Origin: an uncultured Planctomycetota bacterium
GTDB taxonomy: Bacteria > Planctomycetota > PLA2 > JAEUHO01
DNA length: 64,000 nt
Assembly: GCA_963752285.1 (NCBI GenBank)
Contig: CAVVXN010000001.1
Span: 224,001-288,000, forward strand
Direction of reading: 5' to 3'
Position 1 is the stretch's first letter; the number at the start of each line of letters is the position of its first letter. The position numbers and the translations under genes are program-made. Of this stretch, positions 15,924-27,000 are shown piece by piece. The notes beneath the pieces are model-generated. The model did not search any database. It was not told where the DNA came from and worked only from the letters and a program-made list of their open reading frames with translations.

Positions 15924-16520
15924 TCAGGGCTCCGTCGTTCCACCACGGGCCGCGACGCCGCACGCGACCTGGCGCGCACGGCCGGCCTCGGGACCCTCGG
16001 GCTCCGAGAGCTCGAGCCCGGCGGAGAGGGACCGGACCCGGGACCGAAGCGGCGAGTCCGCGGCGCCGGCGTCGGGCGGGGCGGTCGCCGCGAGCCAGCG
16101 GCGCAGGGCCCCGGCGCCCGGCGTCATGACGCGCACGGGGAGGTCCCGGCGCCGGAGGCCGGCGAGGACGCGGGCGAGGGCCTCGGCGGCCGCGGGCTCC
16201 TCGCCCGTCGGCCCCAGCCGGAAGGCGAGCTCGCGGCGCCGGTCGCGCCAGACGAGGACCGCGCCGACCGCGCGATCGCCCTCGAGGCCCGCGGGCTCGA
16301 CGTGGAGCCAGATGCGGATCGGGTCGGCCCCGGCGGGAACGCGCTGCTCCTCGCCCCCGACCGGACCGAGGTCCTCGGGCCGGACGCTGTAGGTCCGTGC
16401 GTCGTCGGGCCGGTACCTCAGGCTCGCGAGCCCGCGCTCGTCGAGCCGCGGGGACCCCGCGCGGTCCACGAGTACCCAGGCCTTCTGTTCGCGATAGCGC
16501 CGGCGCGCCCAGCTCTCCAC
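15924..16520 (-). CDS. RNase HI-fold protein lacking catalytic carboxylates, with small N-terminal domain
   Basis: The pattern IRIWLHV...AVGAVLVWRDRRRELAFRLG...AAAEALARVLAGLRRRDLPVRVMTPG follows the RNase HI strand/helix order. Recognised from memory, not searched. Confidence 0.5.
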   Translation of the reverse strand: MESWARRRYREQKAWVLVDRAGSPRLDERGLASLRYRPDDARTYSVRPEDLGPVGGEEQRVPAGADPIRIWLHVEPAGLEGDRAVGAVLVWRDRRRELAFRLGPTGEEPAAAEALARVLAGLRRRDLPVRVMTPGAGALRRWLAATAPPDAGAADSPLRSRVRSLSAGLELSEPEGPEAGRARQVACGVAARGGTTEP

Positions 16521-16701
16521 GCGCGCGATCCTATCCGGGACGCGACCGCGGCGCCCGAGCGGTGCCTTCCCCCTTCGGCGGGGCTCGCGAAGCCGGTATC
16601 CTCCCCCGGCGCTGCCGCGAGGAAGGCCCGGGACGGGGCCGAGCGGCCCGGGGTGAGGCTTCCCGGCCGTCAGCCTCGACGGAGAGTGCCGGGTCCTCGC
16701 C

Positions 16702-19700
16702 ATGCCGCGCCGCGACGACATCCATCGGATCTTGATCCTCGGCTCCGGGCCGATCGTGATCGGACAGGCGGCGGAGTTCGACTACTCCGGGACCCAGGCG
16801 CTCAAGGCCCTCCGGGAGGAGGGCTACGAGGTCGTCCTCGTCAACAGCAACCCCGCCACGATCATGACCGACCCGGAGATGGCCGACCGGACGTACATCG
16901 AGCCGGTCACCGCCGAGATGGTCGAGAAGGTGATCGCGCGGGAGCGACCGGACGCGCTCCTGCCGACCATGGGGGGGCAGACGGGTCTCAACGTCTCGAT
17001 CGAGCTCCACGACCAGGGGGTCCTCGACCGGTACGGCGTGCAGATGCTCGCGGCGAGCCCGCAGGTGATCCGCAAGGCGGAGAACCGCGAGGAGTTCCGC
17101 CGGGCCATGCTCGAGATCGGGCTCGACCTGCCGCGGAGCCGGACGGTTCGCACCATCCAGGACGCGATGGAGGCGCGGGACGAGATCGGGCTGCCGTGCG
17201 TGATCCGCCCCTCGTTCACGCTCGGCGGGACGGGCGGCGGGCTGGCCTGGAACGTGGACGAGTTCGCCGACATCAGCCGGCGGGGGCTCGAGCTCTCCCC
17301 CGTGAGCGAGATCCTCGTCGAGGAGAGCGTCGCCGGCTGGAAGGAGTTCGAGCTCGAGGTGATGCGCGACCGCGCGGACAACGTCGTCGTCATCTGCAGC
17401 ATCGAGAACATCGACCCGATGGGCGTCCACACCGGCGACTCCGTCACCGTGGCCCCCGCCCAGACCCTGACCGACCGCGAGTACCAGGCCATGCGCGACG
17501 CCGCGATCCGTGTGATCCGCGAGATCGGCGTCGAGACCGGCGGGAGCAACATCCAGTTCGCGGTGGACCCCGCGACCGGGCGTCTCGTGGTCATCGAGAT
17601 GAATCCGCGGGTGTCGCGCTCGTCCGCGCTGGCGAGCAAGGCGACGGGCTTCCCCATCGCGAGGATCGCCGCGAAGCTCGCGGTCGGCTACACGCTCGAC
17701 GAGCTCCAGAACGACATCACGAAGAAGACCCTGGCCTGTTTCGAGCCCACGATCGACTACGTGGTGACGAAGGTACCGCGCTTCAACTTCGAGAAGTTCC
17801 CGGAGGCCGAGGCGGTCCTCACGACACAGATGCGCAGCGTGGGCGAGGCCATGGCCATCGGCCGCACGTTCCGCGAGAGCTTCCAGAAGGCGCTGCGCAG
17901 CCTCGAGATCGGGCGCTACGGGTTCGGCGCGGACCGGAAGGACGCGGAGGACCGCCGGATCAGCGACGAGGACCTGAAGCGGCGACTCCAGCGACCGGGG
18001 CCCAACCGGGTCTTCCGCATCCGGGAGGCATTGCGCCGCGGCTGGACGCTCGAGACGGTCGCGGACCTGACGCACTTCGACCCCTGGTTCCTCGAGCAGA
18101 TGCGCCTCCTCCTGGACCGCGAGGCCGAGGTCCGGGCCGTCGGAACGCTCGCGAAGCTCCCGGACCCCTTGCTGCGGGCCGCGAAGCGGGACGGGTTCTC
18201 GGACCACCAGCTGGGCACGATCCTCGGCGCGTCCGAGACCGAGGTCCGCGCGGAGCGCACCCGGCGCGGCGTCCTGCCCGTCTACAAGGTCGTGGACACG
18301 TGCGCGGCCGAGTTCGAGGCCGCGACGCCGTACTACTACTCGTCCTACGACGAAGAGGACGAGCTGCGGCCGGCCGTGAAGGACCGCATCGTGATCCTCG
18401 GCGGCGGCCCGAACCGCATCGGGCAGGGCGTGGAGTTCGACTACTGCTGCGTCCAGGCGGCCTTCGCGCTCCGCGAGGCGGGGTACGAGACCGTCATGGT
18501 CAACTCGAACCCCGAGACCGTCTCCACCGACTACGACACCAGCGACGTGCTCTTCTTCGAGCCCCTGACCACGGAGCACGTGCTCGACGTGATCCAGCGG
18601 ACGGGCGCGAAAGGCGTGATCGTCCAGCTGGGCGGGCAGACGCCCCTGAACCTCGCGCGCGACCTCGAGAGGGCCGGCGCGCCGATCATCGGCACCTCCC
18701 CCGACTCGATCGACCTGGCCGGGGACCGCGGCCTGTTCAAGGGCCTGCTCGAGTCGCTGGGTCTCCGCCAGCCGACGAACGGCACGGCGACCGAGTTCGA
18801 GGGCGCGCTCGCGGTCGCGCGGCGGATCGGGTATCCCGTCCTCGTGCGACCGTCGTTCGTGCTCGGCGGACGGGCGATGGAAATCGTCTACGACGACGAG
18901 TCGCTGCGACGCTACATGCGGGAGGCTGTCGAGGCTTCGCCCGAGCGGCCGATCCTGATCGACAAGTTCCTCGAGGACGCGATCGAGATCGACGTCGATG
19001 CCGTGGCCGACGGCACGCGATGCGTCATCGGCGCGATCATGGAGCACATCGAGGAGGCCGGGATCCACTCGGGCGACTCGTGCTGCACGCTGCCGACGTT
19101 CAGCCTGAAACCCCGGGTCCTCGACGAGATCCGCGAGGCGACGCATCGGCTCGCCTCGGCGCTCGCGGTGAAGGGGCTCATCAACGTCCAGTTCGCCGTC
19201 AAGGACGACGTCGTGTACGTCCTCGAGGCGAATCCGCGCGCGAGCCGCACCGTGCCCTTCGTGAGCAAGGCGACCGGCGTACCCCTCGCGCGGTTCGGCG
19301 CCCGGATCATGGCCGGCGAGATGATCGACGTGCTCGGCATGCCCGACGAGGTGATCCCGCCCTACTTCGCCGTGAAGGAGCCGGTGTTCCCCTTCAACCG
19401 CTTCCAGGGGACCGACATCATCCTCGGGCCCGAGATGCGGAGCACCGGCGAGGTGATGGGTATCGACCCGGCGCTGCCGACGGCCTTCGCAAAGGCGAAG
19501 CTCGGCGCGACGCTCTCCCTCCCGAAGAAGGGGGCGATCTTCCTCAGCGTGAAGGACGCCGACAAGCGCCTCGTGATCCCGATCGCCCGGCGCCTGGTGG
19601 CCCTCGGGTACGACCTCGTGTCCACGGAGGGCACGTGGCGGCTCCTCACCCGGTCCGGGGTCCCATGCCGCAAGGTGCACAAGATCGCCGACGGCGCGCG

Positions 19701-19944
19701 CCCGAACGTGCTCGACATCGTCAAGAACCGCGAGGTCCGGCTCATCGTGAACACGCCGAACGGTCGGGGGGCACGCACCGACGAGGGCCACATCCGTGGC
19801 GCGGCGGCGGTCCTGAACATCCCGTGCATCACGACGATGAGCGGCGCCGAGGCGCTCGTCCGCGCGCTCGAGGCGTACGATCGGGAGCCCTTCCAGGTAC
19901 GCTCGCTCCAGGAGTACCAGTCCCTGGCGCTCGCGCGGACGTGA
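16702..19944 (+). CDS. carB: Carbamoyl-phosphate synthase large subunit
   Basis: [50 protein letters not shown] and [18 protein letters not shown]-terminal MGS-like domain; 1080 aa. Confidence 0.98.
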   Translation: MPRRDDIHRILILGSGPIVIGQAAEFDYSGTQALKALREEGYEVVLVNSNPATIMTDPEMADRTYIEPVTAEMVEKVIARERPDALLPTMGGQTGLNVSIELHDQGVLDRYGVQMLAASPQVIRKAENREEFRRAMLEIGLDLPRSRTVRTIQDAMEARDEIGLPCVIRPSFTLGGTGGGLAWNVDEFADISRRGLELSPVSEILVEESVAGWKEFELEVMRDRADNVVVICSIENIDPMGVHTGDSVTVAPAQTLTDREYQAMRDAAIRVIREIGVETGGSNIQFAVDPATGRLVVIEMNPRVSRSSALASKATGFPIARIAAKLAVGYTLDELQNDITKKTLACFEPTIDYVVTKVPRFNFEKFPEAEAVLTTQMRSVGEAMAIGRTFRESFQKALRSLEIGRYGFGADRKDAEDRRISDEDLKRRLQRPGPNRVFRIREALRRGWTLETVADLTHFDPWFLEQMRLLLDREAEVRAVGTLAKLPDPLLRAAKRDGFSDHQLGTILGASETEVRAERTRRGVLPVYKVVDTCAAEFEAATPYYYSSYDEEDELRPAVKDRIVILGGGPNRIGQGVEFDYCCVQAAFALREAGYETVMVNSNPETVSTDYDTSDVLFFEPLTTEHVLDVIQRTGAKGVIVQLGGQTPLNLARDLERAGAPIIGTSPDSIDLAGDRGLFKGLLESLGLRQPTNGTATEFEGALAVARRIGYPVLVRPSFVLGGRAMEIVYDDESLRRYMREAVEASPERPILIDKFLEDAIEIDVDAVADGTRCVIGAIMEHIEEAGIHSGDSCCTLPTFSLKPRVLDEIREATHRLASALAVKGLINVQFAVKDDVVYVLEANPRASRTVPFVSKATGVPLARFGARIMAGEMIDVLGMPDEVIPPYFAVKEPVFPFNRFQGTDIILGPEMRSTGEVMGIDPALPTAFAKAKLGATLSLPKKGAIFLSVKDADKRLVIPIARRLVALGYDLVSTEGTWRLLTRSGVPCRKVHKIADGARPNVLDIVKNREVRLIVNTPNGRGARTDEGHIRGAAAVLNIPCITTMSGAEALVRALEAYDREPFQVRSLQEYQSLALART

Positions 19945-19965
19945 CGGCTCGCGCGTCGCGCCGCG

Positions 19966-20598
19966 CTACTGGAGCGTCGGAACGCGGAGCGAGACCTGGA
20001 TCTGGGGCTTCTTGATCCGGTCGAAGGGCGGGGAGGGGTTGTCCGTCGGCTCCGCCGCCTGCCACATGATCTCGCTCACCCGATAGCGACCCGTCGCCTC
20101 GATGTTCCACACGAGGTTCAGGAGCTGGGCCAGGCGGGGCAGGGCGTCGCCCTCGCTCAAGTAGTCGTACCGCTGCGTGATGGTCTCGTAGCGGCCCCCG
20201 CCCCCCGTGATCGGCCGCTCCGCGGAGCTGTACTTCTGGACGAGGTGCGCGTTCAGGGCGAGGCGGTCCATCATCTCGCTCGGGATCCCGCGCTCGAGCC
20301 CGCCGCCGCCCGACGCCTGTTGGTATGCGTTCGACAGCGACTCGACCTCCCACGCCAGGTCGGGGATCGTGCTCGGCGGCCGGTCGTCGGACCGCGCGGG
20401 GCCCTGGAAGGACATCATCCGCTCGAGCGACTTGTTCGCCTCCGCGTACTCGTTGCGTGTGCCGTTGATCATGAAGTAGAGGACGGCGATCACGACGACC
20501 AGCAAGGCCATCACGACCGTGAAGAGCTTGAGGGGGTCGCCCTCCTTGCCCTTCGCTGCGCTGCCCTTCGCCGCGCTGGCCTTCTCCTTGCGCGCCAT
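19966..20598 (-). CDS. Bitopic membrane protein, PilO/GspM-like by position and topology
   Basis: Single N-terminal TM, coiled segment and alpha/beta C-terminus; TGATG coupling to pilM. Confidence 0.6.
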   Translation of the reverse strand: MARKEKASAAKGSAAKGKEGDPLKLFTVVMALLVVVIAVLYFMINGTRNEYAEANKSLERMMSFQGPARSDDRPPSTIPDLAWEVESLSNAYQQASGGGGLERGIPSEMMDRLALNAHLVQKYSSAERPITGGGGRYETITQRYDYLSEGDALPRLAQLLNLVWNIEATGRYRVSEIMWQAAEPTDNPSPPFDRIKKPQIQVSLRVPTLQ

Positions 20599-22373
20599 CA
20601 GTCTTCCTCCTTGAACCGGAGGTTGAAGTCGCGCTGCTGCCGTCCGCCCTGGTTCTGGGTGGCCCCGGGCTCGATCACGCGGCTGGTCTTGGAGCGTTCC
20701 TTGAAGTAGGGGCTGTCCTCGATCTGCTGTCGCACCTTGTCGAAGGTCGCCGGGTCCTCCACCTCGACGCGGATCGTGGTGGTGTGCGCCTTGATGTCCA
20801 TGCGCAGGATCTTGAGGTAGCCGTACTCCGCCCGTGGCCTCCGGTTGAGCGCGCGAACCAGCTCGAGCCACACCTGCAGGGCGCTCTGTACCTGGGGGAT
20901 GTCGCGGCGCAGCCCCAGGTTGCTCTGGAGCGTATTGAAACGGTCGAGCAGGCGGGACCGAAGCCACGTGGCCATCCGGTAGTCCGGCGGCGCGTTGCGC
21001 ACCGCCTCGTCGATGCGCGCGCTCGCGTCCGCGGCGGTCTTCGCCTCCACCTTCTGGAGGTAGGCCAGCTCCGCGGTCCGGTAGAACGAGATCGCCTTTC
21101 CCACGACGTTGCTGAACCGCCCCCGCTCCGCGTCGCGGCGGGTCATGGCCACGAGGGCGAGGGCGAGGAGCACGAAGAAGAGCAGCGTCACGCCCGTCGC
21201 GAGGGCGTGCTTCAGCACGTCGAAGCGGTTCGTCGGCGCCAGCTCGTCCTGGAGCAGCTCCACGCCGAGCGGGTCGTAGCCGAGCACGCGGAGCGCGCCG
21301 CCGATCGCGGCCGGCGCGACGGCCTGGGTCAGCTCCGTGTCCTGCCCGCGGTCGCGCCACTCGACGCGCTGGGCGAGGTCCACGCGCTCGACCGGGAGGC
21401 GGAACCGCTCCTCGAGGGCCTGGGAGAGACCGGGGAGCAGGGAGCCCCCGCCGAGGAGCAGGATGCGGTCCGGCGCGCTCTCGTTCTGTACGGCGGCCAG
21501 CGACCGGATCGACTCGCGATGGAGCTTCCGAACGAACTCGAGTCGCTGGTCCGCGACGGCCTCGCCCTCGATCCGGGAGAGCGACTTCTCGGTCTCGTCC
21601 GCGGGGGGATCGAGCTCGCTCATCGGGACGAGGAGGTCGTCACTGCGCGGTCCCTCGGGCAGGCGGACCCGACGACGCGCCTCGGCGGGCGCCACCTGGA
21701 GCTCCCGGCTCGTGTGCTCGACCACCAGGTCCGTGCCGAGGCGGAACGAACGCATGGTGAGGGGGCGGCCGTTCGCCACCAGGAGCAGCGAGCTGCTGTG
21801 CGCCCCGATGTCGATGATCACGACGTTCGGGTGGTCGCGGAACACGCCCGCGGCCTCGTACGCCGTGAACACCGCGGAGCCGTCGAGGTCCACGGAGGCC
21901 GGCTCGATCCCGGCGGCCCGCATCGTCGCGAGACGCTCGACGAGCAGGTCCTTGGGCGACGCGAAGATCGTCAGGCGGCTGCCGTCGCGGTTCTCGCCGG
22001 TCTTGATCCAGTTGACGACGACGTCCTCGATGGAGTGGCTGTGGAGGTGGTTCTCCGCCTCGAACCGGACCACCTTGCGGATCTGGTCCTCGTCCGTGAA
22101 GGGGACCGTGATCTCGCGGAAGATCGTGTCGCCCGAGGGGAAGGTCGCGCACACCTCGGTTCGCGGGAGCTTCAGCGAGTCGAAGACGTCGCGGAGGATC
22201 CCGCTGACCGGGCCGCCCGGGCTGGCCGCCTCCTGACCCTCCTCGGGCTCGGCGGGGGTGTCCGGAATCTCCCGGATCACCACGCGCTGCACCTTGAACG
22301 CCTTCGCGCTCCCGGTCAGCTCGACGATCTTGATCGTCCGACTTCCGATGTCGAGGCCGAGGGCCCGTGCCAT
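20598..22373 (-). CDS. pilM: Type IV pilus/T2SS assembly protein, PilM (actin-like) fused to TM and PilN-like periplasmic part
   Basis: LGLDIGSRTIKIVEL, IIDIGAHSS, ILLLGGGSLLPGL and AIGGALR, followed by a TM helix and a periplasmic domain. Confidence 0.85.
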   Translation of the reverse strand: MARALGLDIGSRTIKIVELTGSAKAFKVQRVVIREIPDTPAEPEEGQEAASPGGPVSGILRDVFDSLKLPRTEVCATFPSGDTIFREITVPFTDEDQIRKVVRFEAENHLHSHSIEDVVVNWIKTGENRDGSRLTIFASPKDLLVERLATMRAAGIEPASVDLDGSAVFTAYEAAGVFRDHPNVVIIDIGAHSSSLLLVANGRPLTMRSFRLGTDLVVEHTSRELQVAPAEARRRVRLPEGPRSDDLLVPMSELDPPADETEKSLSRIEGEAVADQRLEFVRKLHRESIRSLAAVQNESAPDRILLLGGGSLLPGLSQALEERFRLPVERVDLAQRVEWRDRGQDTELTQAVAPAAIGGALRVLGYDPLGVELLQDELAPTNRFDVLKHALATGVTLLFFVLLALALVAMTRRDAERGRFSNVVGKAISFYRTAELAYLQKVEAKTAADASARIDEAVRNAPPDYRMATWLRSRLLDRFNTLQSNLGLRRDIPQVQSALQVWLELVRALNRRPRAEYGYLKILRMDIKAHTTTIRVEVEDPATFDKVRQQIEDSPYFKERSKTSRVIEPGATQNQGGRQQRDFNLRFKEED

Positions 22374-22477
22374 GCAGGCAGTCGCTCCTTCGTGCGATTT
22401 CCACGCCGCCGCGAGGCGGGATTATAGGCCCTGTCCGGAGGCGGGCCGTCCGCCTTTCGGGGGTTCCGCCCCCGTTC

Positions 22478-22816
22478 CTACTTGGGCTCGAGGACCTCTC
22501 CGATCCGGCGCGACGCCTCGTCGAACAGGCCCCGGAACTTGTCGGCATTCTGCTGCCTGAGCTCCCAGATCAGCGCGCCCACCTTCTGGTCGAATCGCTG
22601 GAGCTCCTGCCGGACCTGATCGGTCCGGGTGTCGTCCAGGTGGTACTCGCGGCGGTAGAGGTCCACGAGCATCTCGATCTTCGGGTTCGGGTCGCGCGCC
22701 GGGCCGGTCAAGAGGTCGCCGGGGCCCATGGCGCGCAGCGCGCGGGCCGTGAACACCCCGAGGGCGATGCCCGCGAGGAGCATGAGGATGGAGACGGTGC
22801 GCAGGCTGGGCGTCAT
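22478..22816 (-). CDS. Small exported helical protein (Spy/CpxP-like by context)
   Basis: N-terminal hydrophobic anchor and LDDTRTDQVRQEL helical pattern; third gene of the ECF operon. Confidence 0.6.
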   Translation of the reverse strand: MTPSLRTVSILMLLAGIALGVFTARALRAMGPGDLLTGPARDPNPKIEMLVDLYRREYHLDDTRTDQVRQELQRFDQKVGALIWELRQQNADKFRGLFDEASRRIGEVLEPK

Positions 22817-22818
22817 GG

Positions 22819-23274
22819 TCAGCGTCCCTTCATCGCGGCGAACTGCGTCATGTCCCACTCGACGCGGCCCTGGTGCGCGAGGCGCTCGCTCTCGAGAACG
22901 CGGATGGCGGCGCCGGTCTCGAGGAGGGAGGCGGTCCCGGGGCGCGGGCCGAGCACGGAGGCGCCCGTCACGCCGAGGCCGAGGAGGACCAGCGCGGCCG
23001 CGGCGTAGCGCCACGCGATCCGCGTGTCCGAGGACGACGAGCGCTCCGCCCGGGCGAGGACGCGCTCGGCGAGGAGGCCCGGGTCGATGTCCGCGACCGC
23101 GCGCCGGACGTCGTCCCGCCACAGGTCGGCGTTCTCGCGCCAGCGCTGGATGCGGCGCTGGAGCGCGGGGTCCCCGGCGAGACGGGTCTCGAAGCGCCGG
23201 CGCGCCTCGGGGGAAAGCTCGCCGTCGAGGTAGAGAGACTCCTCGCGGGCGGGCTCGGGTTCGAACGAGGTCAC
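22819..23274 (-). CDS. Putative membrane-bound anti-sigma factor
   Basis: YLDGELSPEARRRFETRL anti-sigma-domain-like start without the ZAS cysteines; one TM; GTGA overlap with the sigma gene. Confidence 0.75.
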   Translation of the reverse strand: MTSFEPEPAREESLYLDGELSPEARRRFETRLAGDPALQRRIQRWRENADLWRDDVRRAVADIDPGLLAERVLARAERSSSSDTRIAWRYAAAALVLLGLGVTGASVLGPRPGTASLLETGAAIRVLESERLAHQGRVEWDMTQFAAMKGR

Positions 23275-23918
23275 GATCCTTCTCCTTCGTCGAGCGCGCC
23301 CGAGTGCGGCGTCTCGCCGCGCCGGCGCGCCAGCCGCCCCTCCAGGCGCCGTCGCGCTCGGAAGAGGCGGGACTCGACCGTGCCGAGCGAGAGGCTCAGC
23401 ACCTCGGCGATCTCCTGGTAGGTCATCCCCTCGAGCTCGCGGAGCGCGAGAACGGTCCGGTAGCGCTCGGGGAGGGCGGCGATGGCCGCCCGGACCGCGA
23501 GCCGGCGCTCGCGACGCTCGAGGTCCTCGAGCACCGGCGGGCCCCCGGCGGGGATCCGGGCCGACATCGCGTCGTCCAGCGGCGTGAGCGGGCGCCGGCG
23601 CCGGCTCTTCACGTAGTCCTTCGCGGCGTTCACCGCCACGCGGTAGAGCCACGTGTAGAGCCCCGAGTCGCCGTGGAACGACTCGATGCGGAACCAGGCC
23701 TTGGTGAAGGTCGCCTGCACGACGTCGTCCACGGCGTCCCGGTCCCGGAGGATCCCCGCCACAACGCTCGCCAGGCGCTCGCCGAAGGCCACGACGACCT
23801 CCCCGAGCGCCGTCTCGTCCCGCGCCCGGAGCCGCTCGACCCAGTCCGCCTGCCGGCCCGCGTCGGGGCTGGCCGGGCGCCGGGTGGGGGAGGCCGCGGC
23901 GAGGGGCGTGGCGGACAT
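23271..23918 (-). CDS. ECF RNA polymerase sigma factor
   Basis: DDVVQATFTKAW, TWLYRVAVN, LRELEGMTYQEIAEVL and GTVESRLFRAR motifs; GGAGGA RBS. Confidence 0.93.
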   Translation of the reverse strand: MSATPLAAASPTRRPASPDAGRQADWVERLRARDETALGEVVVAFGERLASVVAGILRDRDAVDDVVQATFTKAWFRIESFHGDSGLYTWLYRVAVNAAKDYVKSRRRRPLTPLDDAMSARIPAGGPPVLEDLERRERRLAVRAAIAALPERYRTVLALRELEGMTYQEIAEVLSLSLGTVESRLFRARRRLEGRLARRRGETPHSGALDEGEGS

Positions 23919-23967
23919 GGGGTCCTCCGACGACGAGGGCGACGCGCCGTGCGCCGCCCTCTCCTTG

Positions 23968-23992
23968 GACGACCTCTCCTCCGCCGGCTTCC
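23968..23992 (-). promoter_or_regulatory. Possible ECF-type autoregulatory promoter GGAAG-N16-CGTC
   Basis: Resembles the GGAAC..CGTC ECF consensus, about 50 nt upstream of the sigma ATG. Confidence 0.3.
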
Positions 23993-24028
23993 CCCGGTCC
24001 GCGGGCGGTCGGGGCGGCTCCGGCGGGC

Positions 24029-27000
24029 TCACGGGGCGCCGAGCCGCCGGTCGAGGTGTCGGGCCACCTCCTCGTAGACGGAGAGGAGGTGCCGGATCAC
24101 GTCCTGGTGGCCGCCGGGGTACCAGGCGACCCGCGCGCCGCCCCACGCCTTCGCCAGGGCCTCTACCCCACTCTGGGGCGCCACGGGGTCGCTGTCCCCC
24201 GCCACGAGCAGCACGCGGTCCGCGAGGTCGGGCCGCGCGAGGGCCGCGGGATCGATGGGGCCGAGGAGGTCCCGGGCCTCCTCGGGGCCGACCCCGCGGC
24301 GCAGGAGCTCCCTCGTGATCCGGTCGGTCACCCCGTTCGGCCGAAAGAGGGCGCCCCCGGGGTGGCTCGACGCGAGGAGGAAGACGCCGGCGGCGAATCG
24401 GTCGGGGTACGCCCCGAGCGCGAGCGAGGCGACGTGCCCGCCGAGGCTGATCCCGAGAATCGCCTGCCGGTCGGGCGGGAACCCCCGGGCCGACTCGAGC
24501 CATAGACTCGCGCGCTTCGCGTCCGCGGCGCCCTGGAAGGCCGCCTCACGCGTGCGCGCTAGGTCACGGGAGAGGGTCAGCGCGCCCGAGCCGACGCCCT
24601 CCGGGGCCCGGTCGTACTGCCACGGCAGTGGGAGGAGCATCACGGCGTAGCCGTGCCGTGCGAACGCGAGGGCCAGCAGCCGTTCTCCCGGCGCCGAGCG
24701 GGCCTCCTTCCAGTGGGGGAGCTGGATCACCGCGCCGCGCGGCGCCCGCGGTGTGAAGAGGTCGGCCTCGAAGTGGTCGTTCCCCGGGTCGCCCGAGCGG
24801 ACCGGCGAGTCGAGCTCCACCCGCTCGACCCTGACGCCCGCGAAGTCGTCGAGCACCACGCGCGTCGTGACGTCGCCGGGCCCCGTCACGGTCCAGGGGG
24901 GCGCGTACCGCGCGGCCACGTCGGGGGGCAGCAGGTCGGCGAGGTCGTAGTCGGCGAACGTGAGGCCCCGGCCCGCCCCCCGGGGGCGGACGCCCGCGTC
25001 CCGCGCGACGTGGAAGCGTCCGAGCTCGGGCTCGAAGACGACCGCCAGGAGCGTCCCGTCGTTCAGGACGCCGCCGTCCTCGAGCGCGAGGGCCGACTCG
25101 ACGTCGGCGAGACGGATCTTCGTCGAGCGGTCCTCGAGGACGCGACGGACGGCGGGGTAGCGGCGGCGGGACGACCCGTCGCTCGTCGGGATCGTGGGAT
25201 CGGGCGGGCCCTCGAACGCCTGGGGGGGCGCGCCGGGGTCCACGCCGAGGAGGAGGCCTCCGACGGGCCGACGGACCTCGGCGTGGCGGGCCGTCACCTC
25301 GACCACGCGGGCGTCGAGCGCGCGCCCGTCCGAGATCGTGATCTTGTAGCCACAGGTCCCCGGCCCCTCCCGCGCCCTACGGACGGCGTCGCCGAGCGAC
25401 CCCGCGTGTTGGACGACGTCGCGGATCAGAAGATTCACGGGGATCCCGTCGCGGGTCGTGTCGTCCGGGGCGGCGCACGACTCCTCGGTCACCGCGATGC
25501 CCTGTGCGCCCATCGCGCGGAGCGCCCCGACCATCCCCGGCCAGGTGACGCTCACGAACGGATGTCCCTCGGCCGGCACGAGCACCTCGGTCACGACACG
25601 GGGCTTCAGCACCTCGCCGAGCCCCCAGTCGAGGGTCGAGCCGTGGAGGAGCTGGCCCATGCTGGTCGCGTCGCCGAGGGCCACGACGTTCGTGCACCGC
25701 GCCGGGAGCGACAGGTACGAGGTCTTGTCGGGCTGCTCCGCGAGCGTCAGGAACAGGTTCTCGAGCAGGATCGCGTCGTACGGGACGCCGGCGCCGCGCG
25801 CAATCCCCTCCATCTCGGCCAGGTAGGCCGGCGGGACGTGTCGCTGGAGACGACGCGCGTGGAGCACGAGCAGGGGGAGCACGAGGTCGCGGGGCCTGAG
25901 CCCGGTGGCGACGAAGGCGGGGAGGAGGGCCAGGCCTCCGCCGTGCCCGAGCACCTCGTCCACGATCTCTCCGCCCGCGGCCCGGAGCAGGTCGCGGACC
26001 TGGGGCCGGAGCCGGCGGCCCTGGGCGAGGCCGAGGGCGAGGCCGGGAGGGTCGTCGGGGACGTCCGCGCCGGCGCGGATGAGGACGGGGGCCCCGGGGA
26101 CCGCGGCCGGGGCCCCGGCGCCTCCCGGGCCGCCTCCCGTCGGGTCGGCCTCCGCGTCTTCGCCCGCCGCGGCGGCGGCGAGGCGGTCGGCGGCGTCGGG
26201 CCCGAAGAGGGAGAGGTCGGCCTCGTACCCGCCGCGGTAGAAGCCCGCGCGGCTGACGAAGTAGCCGAGGTGGTCGCCGGCACAGGCGAGGACCCACGTG
26301 GACCGGCCCTGCCCCAGGCGCCGGCCCACGGCGAACGTCGGCTCGCCGGGCACCGTCACGAGGTGGAGGCCGGCGATCTCGAGCCGGGAGACGGGGAGCG
26401 CGAAGGTGGCGGACGGTGCGAGCGGGTCCTCGTCCGAGCCCAACAGGCGCGACGCGACCGTCGGGGCGTGGACCTCGCGCGTGCCGAGCACGCGGAGGGC
26501 GCCTCCTCGGGTCGCGCCGGACCCGGCGCTCGGGGCGGGGCGGTCCGCCGGGGCCCCGAGCGCCCGGAGCGCGACGTCGGCCACGGTGCGGCCGAACGCC
26601 TCGGCGCGGTCGAAGGGGTCTCGCCCGGCGTCGTCCGGCGCGACCGGCGACACGTCGCCCATCGCGCCGTTCCAGAAGATCGCGACGGTTCCCGGTCGGC
26701 GACGCTCGATCTCGCGCCGGAGCGCCCCGGGCCAGCCCGCGGAGAGCGCCGTCACGTCGGAGCCGAGGATCGTCGGGTGGGCCGCCGCGTGCACGACGAC
26801 GGCGCGAAGCGCCCCGCCCGGCGACTCGATCGCCAGGACGCCGACGGTCGGGTCCACGGGCCCGTCCGGAAACGCGCGATTCCGTACCGGGAGTCCTTCG
26901 GTGCGCGTCCACGAGACGCGGGCCGGCGCGAGGTCCGCGTACGCCCTGCGGACCGCGCTCTCCACGCGCGCGGCGGTGCGCCGGAACAGCGCCGGGTCGA

